This document shows positions 1 to 12,312 of a stretch of 40,642 nucleotides of DNA, piece after piece (the first letter of the stretch is position 1; each line of letters opens with the position of its first letter). Source of the DNA: Octopus sinensis (lineage: Eukaryota); contig NW_021827585.1 in assembly GCF_006345805.1 (NCBI RefSeq), forward strand, positions 1 to 40,642, given 5' to 3'. The notes under the pieces were generated by a model. That model was not told the DNA's origin. It made no database searches and saw only the letters and a list, made by a program, of their open reading frames with translations. Both the position numbers and the translations under genes were made by a program.

Positions 1-432
1 CCATCCTCTCATTTCTTTCTACTTCTCCCTACCAGTCTCCACACTCTATCTATCATCTTTTTTCCTACCGTAAATCCTTTCCTGTTTCTCTCTCTCTCCC
101 TACATCTTCCGCACACCGCACGCCGCACACCCTACCCCCCTCTATTAATTCCTATAATTTTCCCTACACATCATTTTGCTATTCCCACACCCCCCTAACT
201 CCCCTCACTTTCTACCCTCTTCCCCCACCTCACGCCTCCCATCCCTGCATCTCTCTCTCCTATTACTTCTTCGCCGTATTATGTTATCAAAACATAACGC
301 CTATCGATCAGCCAATCTATTCCGCCACATAAATTTTCAGAAGACGTCTTATGAACATACTGGAAAGATTATTAACTGGATACAACCTTAAGAATACCCT
401 CAACAACAAAATAAAATATATACCACCTCCGA

Positions 433-521
<89 letters not shown>

Positions 522-601
522 CAACAACAACAACAATAGCAACAATAATAATAGCAAAATTACTACTGGTGCTGCTGCTGCTGCTGCTACTGCTACTGCT
601 A
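433..601. repeat. (AAT)n/(AAC)n then (CTG/CTA)n microsatellite
   Basis: Perfect AAT run from 433, AAC to ~536, CTG/CTA to ~601. Confidence 0.95.
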
Positions 602-606
602 GTACT

Positions 607-746
607 GTTTCAAAGAGGAGCTTTTTTTGGTAGCTTCGATTGTTCTGCTAGAAATAACAGCCAAGGGGAAACTTTTTTTTAACGGAGACATCCTTATAAA
701 TATACCATTAATACGAAAATATAATAAACTACCGCCAAAATAGAAG

Positions 747-801
<55 letters not shown>

Positions 802-960
802 TTCCGAAGAGGAACATCTGTTGGTTCGATAGATCTGCTAGAAATAGCAGCCTGGAGGAAAGTTTAACTGTGTACATTCTTCAGAATATACCCTTAACAA
901 AAGCAACTAATAAATAAGTAAATATACAAATAAACTATCTCAAAAATAAAAAAAAGACTA
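607..960 (+). repeat. Diverged tandem ~190-bp units carrying a CTGCTAGAAATA(A/G)CAGCC motif
   Basis: Motif at 645-662 and 835-852 with similar flanks (ttcgat before; ...tttaac.g..aca..ctt..aatatacc after). A partial third unit lies at ~345-432. Confidence 0.6.
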
Positions 961-1109
961 TGGAGGCGAGCTGGCAGAAGCTGCTACCACTACCACCACC
1001 ACCACCACCAACAACAACATCACCACCAACACTACTACTACTTAGAATAACAAAATAAACTCCATAAACTCCCTATTACTGAAGTCCCAAAAAGAAATCC
1101 GTAAGTTCC

Positions 1110-1290
1110 ATTGATCTGCAGGAAAGAAGAGCCAAATTTCGCTTACGTTAAAGTCTAACGTCAAAGAGAAGTTGAAAACATATTCGTAAGAGTCTGTAAA
1201 ATTTGGCTTCTCTTCTAGCACGCCCATCAAACCCACAGCGACATTGAATTTGGTGAAATATAAAGAGGAGGTGGTCACAACTGGAATAAA
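1110..1290 (+). mobile_element. Degenerate interspersed repeat (family D: ...ctgctagaaatagcagccaaat...gatggtca.rctggaa...)
   Basis: The same two motif blocks recur in the same order at ~18385-18530, ~27525-27750 and ~39250-39380. The second block is reversed at ~7840-7900. Confidence 0.5.
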
Positions 1291-2047
1291 TATTTACACA
1301 CAAACACACACGTACACACACTGCTTATGTATGTAATTTTACATAAAACAAACATATATGTGTGTATGCTTGTGTATGTGCGTAAACATATATTCACACA
1401 TATAAACAGACTCGGAACCTTCAAAAGCGGACTGAATGTCATTCTCAAGCTATAGGCTTATAAGGCAAGTTTTCCGTATTCCACAGCCTGATACTCTTCC
1501 AGACACCAACCCTCGCCTGTTTCCGTGCTCGGTGATATTTCCTCACGGTCAGCCATATCCTTCACAAAATGATACCATTGTTTGCATGAAGATGTTGCTC
1601 GCTTACAAACATCTAGACTAAAGTTATAGCGGCGTGGGAACACAGGCACGCACACACACATACTTATATACATACACGCATACATACATACATATACACA
1701 CACACATACATACATACAGAAAGGAGAAAGCTAATTCGAAGACTACTGATCCAATCCATCACTGGAACTGTAAAAATATGTAAGACTTTCCAAAAGTTTA
1801 TCATTTAAATATATATGAGCATGTCTAGATATGCCACTATATGCATGGGAATACATCCATAAATCATACAAATCTGCACATATACATAATACATACATAC
1901 ATACATACATACATACAAAAATACGCTGTTGTTGATGTTGAAATTCCAATGAAGGAGCCTTGGATCTGGGTTAGAAACCGGTTCTTTCTCTATTGACAAG
2001 AAATCTTGAAATAAAATGAATAATGACATACACACGCGCACTAACAC

Positions 2048-2173
2048 ATACATACATACATACATACATTCATTCATACATGCATACATACATACATACA
2101 TACATACATACATACATACATACATACATACATACATACATACATACATACATACATACATACATACATACAT
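2048..2173. repeat. (CATA)n microsatellite
   Basis: Near-perfect tetranucleotide run. Confidence 0.95.
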
Positions 2174-2339
2174 AACAGCAGTCTCTCGTAGTCTGAGAAA
2201 GAGGGTTCTGCAATTTCATTCCTGTACGACATGCATCAAAGATTTGCCTATAGCGATCAAATACATGTGCTGTACTTCAGCTCATTCCTTCTATGAAACA
2301 GACGTTGCCTGAATAAGTGCGCGGTGTACCACACGTCTG

Positions 2340-2464
2340 ATGCTGAAGTGAGCATAAAACAACATTAGATGAAGTACTTTGCTCAAGAACACAATTCAGA
2401 CACCCTCCAGAAATTGGATACCATGAAGCGATCGTAACACCCAAACCACTAGGCCATGAGCCCT
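2340..2464 (-). mobile_element. Degenerate tRNA-derived SINE head
   Basis: Reverse strand reads gggctcaTGGCCTAGTGGtt (A-box-like) ... tgtgttcttgagcaaagtacttcat. Confidence 0.45.
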
Positions 2465-2583
2465 CTCTCCCGTTCTTCCCCGCTCCTTCCGTCCTTGCCT
2501 CCCTCTCTCTCTCTCTCTCTCTTCTCTATTTCCCTCTCTTACACATATGAATATATATACGTTTGTATGCTAATGAATTTATG

Positions 2584-2970
2584 GTAGAGGCGCAATGGCC
2601 CAGTGGTTAGGGCAGCGGACTCGCGGTCATAGGATCGCGGTTTCGATTCCCAGACCGGGCGTTGTGAGTGTTTATTGAGCGAAAACACCTAAAAGCTCCA
2701 CGAGGCTCCGGCAGGGGATGGTGGTGATCCCTGCTGTACTCTTTCACCACAACTTTCTCTCACTCTTACTTCCTGTTTCTGTTGTACCTGTATTTCAAAG
2801 GGCCGGCCTTGTCACTCTCTGTGTCACGCTGAATATCCCCGAGAACTACGTTAAGGGTGCACGTGTCTGTGGAGTGCTCAGCCACTTACACGTTAATTTC
2901 CCGAGCAGGCTGTTCCGTTGATTCGGATCAACCGGAGCCCTCATCGTCGTAACCGACGGAGTGCTTCCAC
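2584..2970 (+). mobile_element. Full-length tRNA-derived SINE, family A (tail type 1)
   Basis: A box TGGCCCAGTGG and B box GTTTCGATTCC. Perfect 12-bp TSD aatgaatttatg at 2572-2583 and 2971-2982. Confidence 0.92.
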
Positions 2971-3825
2971 AATGAATTTATGAATGAAAACGATGTTTAA
3001 AAAAACAGTCAGGACGATGCCACAAAAGTATCCAGACATTAGAAGATATGTTAACATGTTCATTGTACATCGCCAGATGCAACAATTCCTCATGTAATCA
3101 GTAACCAACCTATCAACAGTGTTTATACATTGAGCATGATGGATCTGGTACATGCTTTACCAAAGATAACACAGTTTGTTAATCAATTAACGCAACCACT
3201 CTTACCCATTTTGTGGCTGGATTCTCTTCCTTGGCCGAAGAGTAGCTTTCGGTTATTCGACTTACTTGATTTCTAATCGTGGAAATGGCTGCGGATCAGG
3301 TCGATACAATGGAACAAGACAAAAACCATTTAATTAGAAGTGCAACTCAGAAAGAGAATGAGTGGGGGAAAAATAGATTCCAGGACAGGATTTTGTTTGA
3401 TTTTATTTTCTACCTCGGAATGATTTAAGGGCAAGCTGACGTTGGCAAAGATTTGCACTCGATACGGAGAGATAATTAGAACATCAAAGGTATTCTCTTT
3501 GAAGTTCTACTCTAACGAATTGTTGAATTCAACGTCTTGCTGAATACGTTCGTATGTATGGTATGTAGCTGAGTATTCCGCAGATACCTGCGGAATAGCA
3601 TAAAAAGAGGAGAGATTCAGGAAGAATCTCTATTCTCGATTTTCCTTTATCAATTCTCTCTCTCTCTTTCTCATTTCCATTGTATGCCTATCTGAATGTC
3701 TCTTCATCTCACTTTCCATCTCTCTGTCTCTGTCTGTCTGCTTCTCCCTCTCATTTTTTTCTTTTTCTCTCGTACAAAAATACACAAACACACACATGCC
3801 TATTGTGAGACTGAAGATGTAGGAA

Positions 3826-4103
3826 AATAAAAGAAAAGGAAGAGGAAAGAGAAAAGGAAAAGGAAGGAACAAAGAAGTGGAAGGAGGAAAAGGAGAGGAA
3901 GAAGAAATGAGAAAAAGAAAAGGAAGAAGAAAGGGAGGCGGAGGAGAAAAAAGAAGAAGACAACGACGACGACGACGACGAAGAAGAAGAAGAAGAAGAA
4001 GAAAAAGAAAAAGAAGAAGAAAAAGAGGAGGAGGAGGAGGGGAAGAAGAAAAAGAAGGAGGAGGAGAAGAAGAAGAAGAAGAAGAAGGAGGAGGAGGAGG
4101 AGG
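3826..4103. repeat. Polypurine (GAA/GGA/CGA)n low-complexity tract
   Basis: Almost pure purine run with GAA and GGA repeats. Confidence 0.9.
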
Positions 4104-4392
4104 ATGTGGATCAAGGATGAAACTGGTGTTGATGACCATAGTGAGGGCACTAACAAAAAAGAAAAGAATAATCATGAAGAAGTAAAAAGAGTTAAGATGA
4201 GAAATGGTTTCATTCAAAAGATGGAGAACGAAGATGTATTTATACAGAATGCAAACCATCATGTTGTCACTGAAATTCCTAATTCTCAGACAGACTTCAC
4301 TACAGTGAGAGTTCGTCAGCGAGAGCGAGAGAGGGAGGAGAGAGAGAGAGAGAGTGGGAGAGAGAAAGAGAGAGAGACAGGCAGACAGACAG

Positions 4393-4675
4393 ACAGTTAG
4401 CGTTCGATTTCATTTGTATTCAACATGGCGTACACACTTCGCGATGCCGTGTTGTCAATATTGAGCGAATGCTCTAGCTTCGTGTCTTCTAGACGCCGTT
4501 GTCAAAATCAAGATCCGCCTCTATTATTAGTGTGTGAGAATGTGTGCGTGTGCGTGTGTGTGTGTGTGTGTGTATGTGTGTGAGTGAGTGTGTGTGTGTT
4601 TACTGTGTAGTAGACTTGTGGAAGAAGAGGTTGTTCGCTATTTCTGGTACTTCGTTTTGTTTTATAAAGGTATGT
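4393..4675 (+). promoter_or_regulatory. Candidate promoter / non-coding first exon
   Basis: Locally CpG-rich unique sequence after a GA tract. YY1-like CAACATGGCG at 4421-4430 and donor-like AAAG|GTATGT at 4666-4675. Inference only. Confidence 0.25.
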
Positions 4676-4686
4676 GTGTGCACGTA

Positions 4687-4722
<36 letters not shown>

Positions 4723-4943
4723 ATATATTGATATATATAAAGTAAGTTTGCAGGGATATATAATAACCAAGCGGACACCGTGTTAGCTCTCAGTTCCGTT
4801 CCATATGCCAGTTAACATAAGTCAGTATTTGATGCCCGTGCCTACAACATGTTAGAGATTGGTAAATTTTCTCGTTGGACGATTCCGTATATCCTATTCA
4901 GGACTGCGAACGTTCCGTCGAGTGTTAAATAATATTAATAATT

Positions 4944-5018
4944 AGCAGTGGCAGTGTGGTAAGTAGCTTGGTTACCAACCGCATGGTTATTGGTTCAGTC
5001 CCACTGTGTGGCACTTTG
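4944..5018 (+). mobile_element. SINE family C 5' head fragment
   Basis: agtggcagtgtggtaagtagcttggttaccaaccgcatgg...ggttcagtcccactgtgtggcactttg matches the head of the 23934 copy. Confidence 0.8.
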
Positions 5019-5966
5019 CCAGATCTTTTGTCTACAAAGTTTTTAAAGAGCTAGAGACAGAAGGTGAAAACGTATCAAAGCATAAAAAGTATTATAAACG
5101 CCCTGAAATCATCAGGACACCTGAATTTATCCAACAAGTTCAACAGATCATTAAGTACAATCCCAGAAAATCCATGAGGTCAATTGCAAAAGATCTTCAT
5201 GTGTCAGAAGGTACAGTCAGAAATGTTGTCCATGAAGACATCAGATATAAACCTTATATGATGAGAAAAGGTCAATTTGTCAAAAAAAAAAAAAAAAGAA
5301 ACACGCAAAAGAAAATAACTACATTAGATCTAAAAGTCTATTAAACAAACTGAAAAATCCAGCGGAAGATCCGATTTGGTTTTTCTCAGACAAGAAAAAC
5401 TTTGACCGACATCAAAAAGTTAACAGAAGAAATGACAGATGGTTACGTGCAGAGCCTTCTGAAGTTCCAAGACTTAAGCATACAAAATTTTTTGCAACTG
5501 TCATGGTTTTAGGTGTTGTTAGCAATTAAGGACATGTTATGCCTCCTTACTTCTTTTCACAAGGCGTTAGAGTTAACTCTGCCGCCTACACTGAGGTCCT
5601 GGAAATAATTGCTAAACCCTGGAACTACAGTGTATGCAATGGAAGGCCATATGTGTTTCAGTAAAACTCTGCACTATCACACATGGCTCTAGTAACACAG
5701 AAATGGATGGCTGAAAATTTTCATGATCACATAACTCCTAACATTTGGCCTCCTAATTCCCAGATATCAATCCATTGGACTATTAACATGTGGAGCGTCG
5801 TTGAGTGAGGGTGTTAGTAAACACCCATAACACCAAAGATTCTTTGAAAGCTACCATAGTCAGAGTAATGTCCGAAACGAACCAGGACCACTTGATTCGA
5901 GCATGTCGATGATTTAGATGTCATATAGAAGCAGTTGCTGACGCTGAAGGTGGCTTTATTGAATAA
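5016..5966 (+). pseudogene. Tc1/mariner-superfamily DD37D (maT) transposase pseudogene, N-terminally truncated
   Basis: HTH-like region (KSMRSIAKDLHVSEGTVRNVV). After a frameshift: WFFSDKKNF, YVFQ*NSALSH, WPPNSPDINPLDY, AEGGFIE*. 37 residues separate the second catalytic position (mutated D>N) from the third D. Multiple stops and frameshifts. Confidence 0.9.
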
Positions 5967-6093
5967 CATTATAGAGAAGGAGGTTTATTTTTATCCTCAA
6001 AACATTATTTGATAAATAAAGTTATCTGTTATTATATAGCTGTTTTTTTTTATATAAGCATAAATCTGTCCTCAAGTATCTTACGCTCCCTTT
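5016..6093 (+). mobile_element. maT DNA transposon remnant with probable right terminus
   Basis: Transposase remnant, 3' UTR and terminal-like ...tcctcaagtatcttacgctcccttTA. No matching left TIR is visible. Confidence 0.75.
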
Positions 6094-6151
6094 ATATATA
6101 TTTGAAAACCCCACTAGAATGGGAGAAAGCGCTAATGATCTAAGTGATATG

Positions 6152-6187
<36 letters not shown>

Positions 6188-6191
<4 letters not shown>

Positions 6192-7332
6192 AGACTTATT
6201 GAAGAATCAAAAGCATTTAATCGCGATCTTGCAATGTATTTGTAGACTTTTCTAAAGCGTTCGATTCTGTAGATAGGTACAAGATGTTTGAAATCCTGAA
6301 GCTCTATGGGATACCAGACAAAATTATTTCTGCCATCAAGGTCCTCTACACAGATACGTCTTCAACCATCTTAACCCCTGATGGAGAAACATCATCTTTC
6401 TCGATCGAGGCCGGAATACTGCAGGGAGACACACTCGCCCCATTTCTTTTCATCATTGTTGTTGATTATGTGGTACGTATCTCAGTTGATACCATCTCTG
6501 GCAAGGGCTTTGAAATAAAACCAAGAAGAAGTTCCAGACACCCAGCTGAGTACTTGACAGACACTGACTTTGCTGACGACATCGCTCTTATCAGTGATTC
6601 TCTCTCCAATGCCCAGTCTCTTTTACAATCTCTTGAACAAGCCTCAAATTGTGTAGGTCTTTACCTCAATGAGACCAAAACTGAATACATAAACAAGTGC
6701 CTGTCCAACAGTGATTGCATCATCCACACTCTCAACAGTGCACCTTTAAATATGGTTTCTGATTATAAATATCTTGGGTCATACATATCATCATCTGGAA
6801 AAGACTTTCTAACTAGAAGGGTATGGCCTGGTCAGCCTGTAATGACATGCATAAGATCTGGTCATCAAATCTAAGTAGAGACTTCAAACTTGAAATATTC
6901 AAAGCCACAGTCGAACCAATTCTACTATATGGCTCAGAAACCTGGACGTTATCAAAGAAGCTTGAGAGGCGGTGGATGGAACCTACATTCGCCTCCTTAT
7001 GAGAGCTCAAAATCTCTCGTGGATGCGCCATCCAACAAAATGCAAATATATGGGAAATTCACTGTGTTCATCTCTTGTGAAAGGTAGGAGAGTCCAGTTT
7101 GCTGGACATTGTTGTAGAGCTGAAAAAGAAGTAATTTCTACTCTTCTCCTCTGGAAGCCATCTACTCGCAACACCAGAGGGCGCACACTCTCCTACCCTG
7201 ATGTAATCTCCAGGGATACAGGCATCCAGCAACAGGACCTCCGTAATGCTATGATGGACCGTGAAGTCTGGCGCAACATGGTAAATTCCATTGTCTCGAC
7301 CACGGTCGAACAATGATGATGATGATGATGAT
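6188..7332 (+). mobile_element. 5'-truncated RTE-clade non-LTR retrotransposon (RT pseudogene)
   Basis: FVDFSKAFDSV, GILQGDTLAPFLF, DFADD and YKYLGS; after frameshifts, EPILLYGSETWTL and RRVQFAGHC. The stop merges into a (TGA)n tail, and the element is flanked by (TA)n. Confidence 0.93.
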
Positions 7333-7967
7333 ATATATAAAATGTAATATACAAATAAATATCTGTAAATATAAACCATCCGATCTTCTGAGTACCTCAT
7401 TTCTTCTAATATATATATATACACACATACACGTGTATGTGTGTGTGTATGTATAATATGCATATTTGCGACAGAGAAAGAGAGAGATACAGAGACAGAC
7501 AGATACATAGGTAAACAAATACTCGAAGTAAATTAAAAATGAATAAAAAAAAAGATTTTGAAACTTTGTTTCCTTTAAAATCAATCCACTTTTTCCTCCA
7601 TCTATCCCTCTCGCATAGTATGTCTCATCCCCCCTCCCCCCTCTCTCTGCGTTTTTCTTGTACTTAATTTTTCCCTATGTAAGTGCTATTTCATTTACCA
7701 GTAATAAAAAAAGTAATAACAATAAGGTGAATATTGATAATGATGATGCTAATGATGATGTTGAAGGGATGGAGGATGATGATGATAGTTTTGGTGGTGG
7801 TGATGATGATGGTCATGTACAGCATCTAGCATAGCAGCCGGGCCCTGACCGATTTAAAACTTGATCAAAAGCGACCCAGTTATGACCATCCCATCTCTCT
7901 GACATCGTTCATATTGTATACCATCCGTATCATTCTAGCGCCACTGCTCGGGTTTTGTTTGTTTGTT

Positions 7968-8278
7968 TTTACGTGTCTTAGTCATTGGAGTGCGTCCATG
8001 CTGGGGCACCACTTAAAGCATTTAGTCGATCAAATCAACACCAGTATTTATATTTAGGTCTAGCGCTTATTCCATCGATTTCTTTTTGTCGAACCACTAA
8101 ATACAGATATGTAAGCAAACCAATACCGACTGTCAAGCGCTGGACAAACACATACAAACTGCTTCCGTCGGACTCGGCCAATAACTAAAAGCGACTTGCT
8201 TAAGTAACCACACAGTGACACTGAACTTGGCAACTGATGGTGCAAAAGCAAGCCTCCTAACCACACAACCACAGGCGC
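7968..8278 (-). mobile_element. Diverged SINE family C copy
   Basis: Colinear similarity to the 34988-35395 copy (ccatgctggggcacc, tagtcgatcaaatc, aaccacacaaccac). Confidence 0.7.
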
Positions 8279-10534
8279 GGCTGAATATGAACTCACCAAC
8301 TCGAAGTAAATTTTTCACTCATTTATCACTTCGACGTTCATTTTTGAGTGAACTTGACATTATATTATGAAAAAAAAACATAGAAAAACGTCTGGAAAGA
8401 TTTTTTGCGAATTTCTTTATTTATACACACTTTCATACATATGCACACACGCGCACACATACATACATACACATAAAAACGGCACACGTGCCATGAATAG
8501 AAAAGGATATGTATGCGTGTATGTGTTGTGTCTGTTAATATATATGTATACGTACACATACACACACACATATGCATATATATATATGTGTGTGTATGTA
8601 CGTATTTGTGCTTATATATATACATATATTTATTTTTGTGTTTTGTGAGTCTACTTACGTATGTACACACACACACACACACACACACGCGCACGCACAC
8701 ACGTATGTTTGTCTGCATACAGTCTTATCAGTATATATATGCAAATATATATATATGTATAGATATCGTGTATTTTTATCTACACTCACACACAAGCACA
8801 CGCACGTGCACGCACACACACACACACCACACACACATGCAAGTACATACACACACACACGTACGCAACCGAATATGCACAACACTTGACAAACACTCAT
8901 TCGTCCTCATTAAACACAAATACGAGAATACAATCGCACATGCGTACAGACATTGGAGACCAGAAAGACAGGGAGACCAAGGTGTCAGCAAAGCAACAAA
9001 AGATCCATACAGCGGCAGCACGGTCGCAATTGCTGTCACTGTCATCTTTTTCTCATTCATACGACATCAGAGATGACGCAGGACTCACCGGAAGTAATGT
9101 CAGTGACTGGAACAAGTTTTTGCGGTGAGCTATATATGACATGTCATAGTCTTATCATGTATGTAATGGAAACGTTTGAATGGCAGAGCATGCTTGGTCG
9201 GTTATCTCTTAGTTACGACATTGATAGGGAAATGTTTGGACTGACAAGGGCAAGGGAAGAAGAAACAATGTCCTGTTAATAGATAATAGAATGGTGGTGA
9301 AGTGAGATGGAGAAGATATGATAGTGGTGGTGGTGGTATTGGTGCTGTGGTGGGTGAAAATGTGCAGTGTTAAAGTGGTAGAGATAGAGAGAAAGAAGGA
9401 CAGAGAGACAGAGAGAAATAATGAGATTCTTAGCGATAGATACATAGATAGAGAGGAGGAGATGAAGTGAGAGAGAAGATAGGAGGAGACAAAAGAACTT
9501 CAGAGACTAAAATCTTGAAAATGTGGTACGTCGAATAAACTATGAGAGAAAGACAGACTGACTGGTAGGTAGATAGATAGATTGTCTTTTTCGAACTGCA
9601 TTGCTTTGATTTCAAATTTACCGCCATGTTACATTTGTCTTTTATCAGTTCTTGGTCGAGAAATAAAGTACAAATCTTGTTCTGGCTTGATTGCTCCCTA
9701 TCTCTCCCTTCCACCATTCTCTCTATCCCCTCTCTCTCTCTCTCTTCTCTCTCTTACTCTCTCAGTCTCAGAAAGAAATCTGCTACGGTCGGACCTGGAC
9801 AGAGATGTAGTCCACCGTGCCAAAAGAACATGTGCCGGCTATAAGCTGTGTATCACGATGTAGCTCCAAAGATTCAATCATGAGTTGAGGCCTCGAAACG
9901 CTAAATTTAGGGATTACTGTCAGACCTGAGCATATTAAAATAGGGCTTGTTTCAAATGCTATTTTCCTTGTGTAACGACGAATTTTCCAGAATGGTAATG
10001 AAATTTATTTTGAAGATGCATATCTTTGGTAATTAACGTGACTTGTATTAAACAGAAGCAATACATGGTGGAAGAATCATTTTTGCCATTGAAGAATACA
10101 TAAATTCTTCACTTACTTTTTCAACATACAATATTTTCGAGGTGCCCCTGCGAACAAGACGCGGGCACTACAATTTTCGTGGCATTTCTGCGACCTAACA
10201 TGCGTTAACTGAATAATCGAAAAGTGAATAGAACACATTTTTGCGTGCTCTTAAAACACATGAAAGGTCATACTTTCGATTTAAGTCTTGCCATCTCTAT
10301 CTACCTGTATGACGTTTTCCCTGATTCTCCCCCCCCCCTCTCTCTCTCTGCTTCCTCTTACCCATTCTGTATATTGCTATCTGAACGGTCTGAAGCAAAG
10401 TGGAATGAAATGATCTGTTATTCCAGAACACAACGCACTGTCTTGTCCAGGAATGGAAATCACGACCTAACGAACGTGATCGGAGCACCCAAACCACCAC
10501 TAATTGTGCCTTCACCACGGTATATACATGCATG

Positions 10535-10753
10535 CGGCGAGCTGGCAGATCGTTAGCACTCGGGCGAAATGCTTGGTATTTCGGCTGTCGTTACGTTGTG
10601 AGTTCAAATTCCGCCGAGGTCGACTTGCCTTTCATCCTTTCGGGTCGATAAATTAAGTACCAGTACGCACTGGGGTCGATGTAATCGACTTAATACCTAT
10701 GTCTGTCCTTGTTTGTCCCCTCGTGTTTAGCCCCTTGTTGGTAATAAGAAATA
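10535..10753 (+). mobile_element. SINE family B (ggcgagctggcaga...gagttcaaattcc...gtcgactttgcctttcatcctttcggggtcgataaa..agtaccag)
   Basis: A/B-box-like head with GAGTTCAAATTCC. Perfect 16-bp TSD ggtatatacatgcatg at 10519-10534 and 10754-10769. Confidence 0.92.
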
Positions 10754-10787
10754 GGTATATACATGCATGGGTGTGTGAGTGTGTGTG

Positions 10788-10837
<50 letters not shown>

Positions 10838-10964
10838 TGCATGCGGTATAAAGAGACTAGTGCGATTGTTCTTGTTAAATTTCTATGTATGCATTATGTA
10901 TGTTCGTATCATTTCCATGTTTCTGTGTATATAATTCTAACGTTATTTTTCAAATGTGTTTCCG

Positions 10965-11013
<49 letters not shown>

Positions 11014-11303
11014 ATTCTAACATTAATTTCAGAAATTTTACTCTATATTAGCCCATAATAAAGCCTTCATTATATAGCAGAATAATCCATTGGAAGCACA
11101 TGTATGTATTTGTACGCATCAAAATGGTTGTATGTGTGTATGCATAGTTGTATAATACATGCATTTACATATTACGGATTATTCTTATGACTTTTGTATA
11201 CACACACACAGACACACACATATAGGCACTTTTATAAATGCTTCATTATAAGTGCTTCTCTATGTATATGTGTATATATGTAAATATATATATATATACA
11301 TTC

Positions 11304-11351
<48 letters not shown>

Positions 11352-11680
11352 TTATGCTTGTATATATATAATATATATATATATAGATATATATATATAT
11401 ATACTTATGCTTGTATATATATATATATATATATACGTATGCTTGGTGGTTTCAAACATGTGCTTTTACATCTAGAAGTATGAATGCATGCATATTTGTA
11501 AGTATATCTATGTGCATGTAAGTTTGGGGATGTGTGCACCGCATTTATCTTCGCGTTTAAAGCGCGTTAAGAAAACAAAAAATTGAGAAAATGGCTAATG
11601 CAGAGAGGAAATACATTGATGTGCAAAGACTCTCACACACACGCGTGCGCATGCACACACACACAGAAACAAACATGCAT

Positions 11681-11715
<35 letters not shown>

Positions 11716-12091
11716 AACACAAACATACACACCCAAAGAGAGTCACATGCATTACTATCATATACACACTCAAAAGATTCGTCCATGTGTACATTAAAAC
11801 GAAAGCGAAAGTGAAACTGATAAGAAAGAGGAAACCAGAGTAAGATAAAGATTAGATGCGGTGTGGTGCAGGAGAGAAAGAAGGGAAATATAATGACTAA
11901 GTCAAGCGCAGGATTTTAACAAATATGAACATTTCGTTTTGTTGTCGTTTTGCGCGTGCGTTGTATGAAAGTGTCGGATATGACATTCATAGAAAGGAAA
12001 GCAACTACAACAATAACCACAATAAGCTTAATACTAATAATAATAATAACAACGGCAATTGTTTCTATCAAATGCCCAAAATTTGAACACA

Positions 12092-12092
<1 letters not shown>

Positions 12093-12159
<67 letters not shown>

Positions 12160-12225
12160 TAGTTGTTGTTATTGTTATTATTATTATTGTTATTGTTATT
12201 GTTAATATTATTATTATTATTATTA

Positions 12226-12264
<39 letters not shown>

Positions 12265-12312
12265 CATTATTATCATTATTATTATTATTATTATTTTGTT
12301 ATTATTATTATT
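12093..12312. repeat. (AAT)n followed by its complement (ATT)n
   Basis: Strand switch of the same trinucleotide at ~12160. Confidence 0.9.

Noticed and set aside
1945-1990. Hammerhead-like atgaagg..agcc/ggtt..GAAACCGGTT
   Set aside because: The core is not matched and there is no stem I pairing; probably a repeat terminus of unknown class.
2584-2660. tRNA gene
   Set aside because: It has A/B boxes but continues into a repeated body and is enclosed by a TSD, so it is a SINE head.
5016-7332. Composite transposase plus RT element
   Set aside because: They are separate decayed elements divided by a probable transposon end and a TA tract; adjacency is expected at this repeat density.
9767-9863. 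Exon after a polypyrimidine tract and AG
   Set aside because: The tract is a CT microsatellite, the peptide is unrecognisable and there is no partner exon.
10143-10170. gtgccc...gggcac hairpin as a Helitron end or terminator
   Set aside because: Only a 6-bp stem, with no CTRR end or other support.
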